From Squalus acanthias (taxonomy: Eukaryota), in contig CM059432.1 of NCBI GenBank assembly GCA_030390025.1, forward strand, positions 8,556,001-8,620,000: a stretch of DNA of 64,000 nucleotides, given 5' to 3'. Under the pieces are notes generated by a model. That model was given only the letters and a program-made list of their open reading frames with translations. It was not told the origin of the DNA and ran no database searches. A program made the position numbers and the translations under genes. This document shows, piece after piece, positions 59,325 to 64,000 of the stretch; positions within the stretch are counted from its first letter, which is position 1; every line of letters begins with the position of its first letter.

Positions 59325-59847
59325 GTTTAACTGGCACTGAGTCCCATTCCCCCGTCACCCCTGCACTCGCTGACCTTGGTTGGCTCCCAGTTAAGCAACG
59401 CCTCGATTTTAAAATTCTCATCCTTGTTCTCAAATCCCTCCATGGCCTCGCCCCTCCCTATCTCTGTAATCTCCTCCAGCCCTTCAACCCCCCCCCCCCC
59501 CCCGCCCCCCCCGATTTTAATCGCTCCACCATTGGCAGCCGTGCCTTCAGCTGCCTAGACCCTGAGCTCTGGAATTCCCTCCCTAAACCTCTCCGCCTTT
59601 CTACCTCGCTCTCCTCCTTTAAGATGCTCCTTGAAACCTACCACTTTGATCTCACCTGCCTGAATGCATTGGAGATACCACACATATGTGGCTCGGTGTC
59701 AAATTTTGTCTTTGACCAAGCTTTTGGTCATCTGCCCTAATATTTCCTTATGTGGCTCGGTGTTAAATTTTGTTTGATAATCGCACCTGTGAAGCGCCTT
59801 GGGACATCTTACTACATTAAAGGTGCTATATAAATGCAAGTTGTTGC
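59325..59847 (+). mobile_element. L2 3' fragment
   Basis: L2 3' motif and GCTATATAAATGCAAGTTGTTG tail. Confidence 0.8.
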
Positions 59848-61109
59848 TGTTCCAGTTTACTTCAAATCACTGAAAATATATTTGTTGACTTCAAGTACAC
59901 GCGTGGGCCAGATTGGACGATGGAGACATGTCGGGAACACTGGATGAAATCAGTAGAGTTGGCAATGCCTCACTGCCAGATGGCAGCACCATTTGCCCGA
60001 ATCAGTGCCAGCAGAAAATCCATCCCTGAGGTGATGACGTTCACAGTAGCACCAATCAATAAGGTATCAGCCTCCTTTCAGAAGGAGTTGGAGACTCCTC
60101 TGGTTAAAGACTGAAGGTCACAGAGATAAGTACAGATCATCAAATAATAACATACAGAACACTGTGGCTCCAATCTTATTGGGAGTGCAGATCCAGGAAT
60201 ACCACCAGCTATAGTTGAATAATGCAGACGGTAATTTTCAATTCCTATCCTGCAGCTCCAGACAGGTAGATAGACAGATTTACTGAACTAGACAGACAGG
60301 TGGACCAACAGAACAACAAGTCGATTGCATTACGCTCTACATTTCCATATAGGGTGATCTCTAGTTAAATATTTAAGCATTTTTTTAAACTCAGTGCAGC
60401 ATTCTAAAGCCCCACAGGGTTTCCATTTTAACAATATGCAAAAATCCAATAATGTGGTACAAATTTGTTAGGAACAATTGATTTTTCAGACGTAATAAAA
60501 CCTCACTGCAAGGACAACAATTAAAGCTCGCCAATAAAAGAGCGGGATCATCTACGCTTAATCTCCGTGTTCATCAAGAATTGATTAAATGGCTGACTTA
60601 AGTTCAAAAAGAATTAATTACTTTCCAACTTCGATGTAATTAACAACATAAAGAATGGTTTCAAAATTATTCATTAGATAGTCATGGACAATCGGAAGCG
60701 GGAATGGAAATATGAAAGGCGTTTAATGAAAACACTAAACTAGTCATCTTTTAGACTTCATTTTAGATTAAAATAATTTCTGTAATGTGTAAAAGAAATT
60801 GCTTTTTGTCATAAATTTAATCACTTTTAATATATTGGTAGCTATATGGTTTAGATACCATTTGCAAAGGTTTACAAAATGACATTGATTGTGTAACATC
60901 TGTCATGTTTTATTCTTGACACATCCCCTTATCGACATTCTTACAGATAAAACGACTATGAAATCCAGGAACAAAGTCCATCTCTTGAGTTACCAGCGAC
61001 TTTTGTCCATAGGTCAAAAGACGGGCCTGCATGCAGCATAGCTGCCAGTAGGAGTCAAGCAAGTACGCCGTCAATAAACAGTGCCCAATCAAGCTTCGTT
61101 CTACCTCGG

Positions 61110-61592
61110 AGCCCGTGTCCTAACTCGTACCGAGTCCCGTTCACCCATCACCCCTGTGCTCGCTGACCTACATTGGCTCCTGGTTAAGCAACCCATCGAT
61201 TTCAAAATTCTCATCCTTGTTTTCAAATCCCTCCATGGCCTTGCCCCTCCCTATCTCTGTAATCTCCTCCAGCCCCAAAACCCCCCCGAGATATCTGCGC
61301 TCCTCTAATTCTGGCCTCTTGAGCATCCCTGATTATAATCACTCAACCATTGGTGGCCGTGCCTTCAGTTGTCTCGGCCCTGAGCTCTGGAATTCCCTCC
61401 CTAAACCTCTCCGCCTCGCTACCTCGCTGTCCTCCTTTAAGAGGCTCCTTAAAACTTACCTCCATCTGCCCTAATTTCTCCTTGTGTGGCTTGTCGTCAA
61501 ATTTTTGTCATATAATGCTCCTGTGAAGCGCCTTGGGACGTTTTACTACGTTAAATACGCTGCATAAATACAAGTTGTTGTTGTTGTTGTTG
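61110..61592 (+). mobile_element. L2 3' fragment
   Basis: SPITPVLADLHWL...[20 protein letters not shown]; (GTT)n tail. Confidence 0.88.
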
Positions 61593-61779
61593 AGAAAGCA
61601 TGACTGAAAATATAAAACTGAATATTCGAAAACTCTTTATGAAGGAAACTCAACCGAGAAAGTATGCAACAACAAAATGAGGGCAATTTGAGCTTGAACT
61701 GATCATCAATCATGCAGGTAAGAGTCTGCTTGATTCTTAAGTGGAGAGGATACCATCCATCCCTTTGTTACCTCTAGAC

Positions 61780-62330
61780 TTGAGTATTCCAATGCTCTCC
61801 TGTTCAGCCTCCACCTTCCACCTTAAATAAACTTGAGCTCTGCTACCCCGTGTCCTAACTCACACCAAGTCCCGTTCATCCATCATCCCCTGTCCTCGCT
61901 GACCTACATTGGCTCCCGGTTCGGCAACGCCTCAATTTTAAAATTCTCATCCTTGTTTTCAAATCCCTCCATGGCCTCGCCCCCCTCCCTATCTCTGTAA
62001 CCTCCTCCAGCCCAACAATCTTCCGAGATATCTGCGCTCCTCTAATTCAGGCCTCCTGCGCATCCCTGGTTATAATCGATCCACCACTGGCGGCCGTGCC
62101 TTCAGCCACCTAGGGCCTAAGCCCTGGAATTCCCTCCCTAAACCTCTCCGCTTCTCTACCTCTCTCTCCTCCTTTAAGGCGCTCCTTAAAACCTCCCTCT
62201 TTGACCAAGCTTTTGGTCACCTGTCCTATTATGTGGCTCGGTGCCAAACTTTATAACGCTCCTGTGAAGTACCTTGGGATGTTTTACTACTTTAAAGGCG
62301 CTATATAGATACACATTGTTGTTGTTGTTG
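61780..62330 (+). mobile_element. L2 3' fragment
   Basis: Same motifs and (GTT)n tail. Confidence 0.85.
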
Positions 62331-62518
62331 TCATGATTGCACTACTGATCAGTTTCGCTGCTATCTTTTCAAAAGAAAATTTATCTGAGACCAAATTAAA
62401 AGCATAGGCTGGAATCTTCTGATGTCCGTGCGGGCGACAATGGAGACAGGTCAGGAGGGAATTTTGAAATAAGTTGGAGTGGGTCGGTAACCCGCTGTCA
62501 CCCCGCCCCCATGCACCT

Positions 62519-63152
62519 TGTTAGAAACTAAAGATGCCTAAAAATGTATGTGGTTACGCGATTAAAGCTGTGACGCAAAACATGCTGTGTTTAAATGGTT
62601 ATGTTCGAATTGCAGACAGAAAGTCTCCTCGGACCAGATAGATGCTTAGAAGTGCTAATGTTTTGGTTTCCTACCGAGGTTACTGTATACAATCTCCCTG
62701 TTGCTAAGCGATTATCTGTTGTTTTTAAGTTAAGACTTGAACCTTGTTTATGTCTTTTATGTATAATGCTAAGGTAGGATTTGTAGTTAGCTTAAGAGGG
62801 AAGGGAAGTTTGGGGAAGTTAACGTAAACATTTGCTATGTCATAAAGGAGGTAACACTCTGAAGCGAACAGGTTTCTGGTTGGGCCTCATGAGATCAAAG
62901 AAGGATACGGGCAAAAGAGATAAGACACAAATTCCACAGGAAGGAAACCCTGGGAAAATATAAACAGAGAAAGACATGTGGGAAAAATCATAAGACATCT
63001 TTAGGGCGGGCTTTGACACAAGAATCGAGACAAAGAATTAGAATTCCCATTGGATATTAAGGTTTTAGGGAAACTTCTGTAGGTCAAACGGTCTTGTCAA
63101 TATCCCGGTTCAGGCCCACCCCTAAATGTAGAATGAAAGTAACCTCCCAAAA
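62519..63152. mobile_element. Possible LTR-like insertion into a MITE left end (62405-62518)
   Basis: Abrupt switch from GC-rich MITE-like sequence to TGTTAG...; the far end is not in the window. Confidence 0.3.
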
Positions 63153-63248
63153 GCTTGCACTCACAGACAGAAGAGAAAAAGAGAGAGAGAGCGAGCTTGT
63201 ACTGACAGATGGAAGAGAGAGAGAGAGAGAGAGAGCTTGTACTGACAG

Positions 63249-63279
<31 letters not shown>

Positions 63280-63416
63280 CTTGTACTCGCAGATGGAAGG
63301 GAGAGAGAGAGAGAGAGAGAGAGCTTGTACTGACAGATGGAAGAGAGAGAGAGAGAGAGAGAGAGCTTGTACTGACAGATGGAAGAGAGAGAGAGAGAGA
63401 GAGCTTGTACTGACAG

Positions 63417-63447
<31 letters not shown>

Positions 63448-64000
63448 CTTGTACTCACAGATGGAAGAGAGAGAGAGAGAGAGAGAGCTTGTACTGACAG
63501 ATGGAAGAGAGAGAGAGAGAGAGAGCTTGTACTCACAGATGGAAGAGAGAGAGAGAGAGAGAGCTTGTACCCACAGATGGAAGAGAGAGAGAGAGAGAGA
63601 GCGAGCTTGTACTGACAGATGGAAGAGAGAGAGAGAGAGAGAGAGCTTGTACTCACAGATGGAAGAGAGAGAGAGAGAGCTTGTACTCACAGATGGAAGA
63701 GAGAGAGAGAGAGAGAGAGCTTGTACTGACAGATGGAAGAGAGAGAGAGAGAGAGAGCTTGTACTGACAGATGGAAGAGAGAGAGAGAGAGAGAGAGAGA
63801 CCTTGTACTCACAGATGGAAAAGAGAGAGAGAGAGAGAGAGAGAGCTTGTACTGACAGATGGAAGAGAAAGAGAGAGAGAGAGAGAGCTTGTCTGACAGA
63901 TGAAGAGAGAGAGAGAGAGAAGAGAGCTTGTACTGACAGATGGAAGAGAGAGAGAGAGAGAGAGCGAGACCTTGTACTCACAGATGGAGGAGAAAGAGAG
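63153..64000. repeat. Composite minisatellite: 19-bp core plus variable (GA)n, about 21 units, running off the window
   Basis: CTTGTACT(G/C)ACAGATGGAA(GA)n in tandem. Confidence 0.97.

Noticed and set aside
63153..64000. CRISPR-like repeat/spacer periodicity and long ER-rich or SL-rich ORFs
   Set aside because: The 'spacers' are only (GA)n, there are no cas genes, the context is eukaryotic, and the ORFs are artefacts of stop-free repeats.

Overview
Repeat-dominated vertebrate DNA. The repeat families (CR1/HER1-type LINEs, a V-core HE1-like SINE, SacSINE1/Deu-like SINEs, L2, RTE) point to a cartilaginous fish, most likely a shark. I found no host protein-coding exon; every recognisable ORF is transposon-derived. 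Contents: many CR1 fragments, including one young copy with an uninterrupted ~905-codon EN+RT frame; two Penelope-like (PLE) families whose terminal repeats carry minimal hammerhead-ribozyme motifs and form fold-back insertions; one complete but decayed two-gene PIF/Harbinger transposon (23277-29950) and about ten Harbinger-type MITEs; two hAT-type MITEs; three solo LTRs with TSDs; and two minisatellites. Most notable patterns: (1) all three 3' ends of one CR1 subfamily carry a Harbinger MITE inserted at the same TAT of the tail; (2) the PLE hammerheads show compensatory covariation, and insertion breakpoints cluster at the ribozyme 5' edge; (3) a 31-nt locally templated inverted insert sits at a SINE 5' junction; (4) a tRNA-like SINE head is joined to a LINE body. 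All calls were made by eye, and boundaries of older fragments are approximate.
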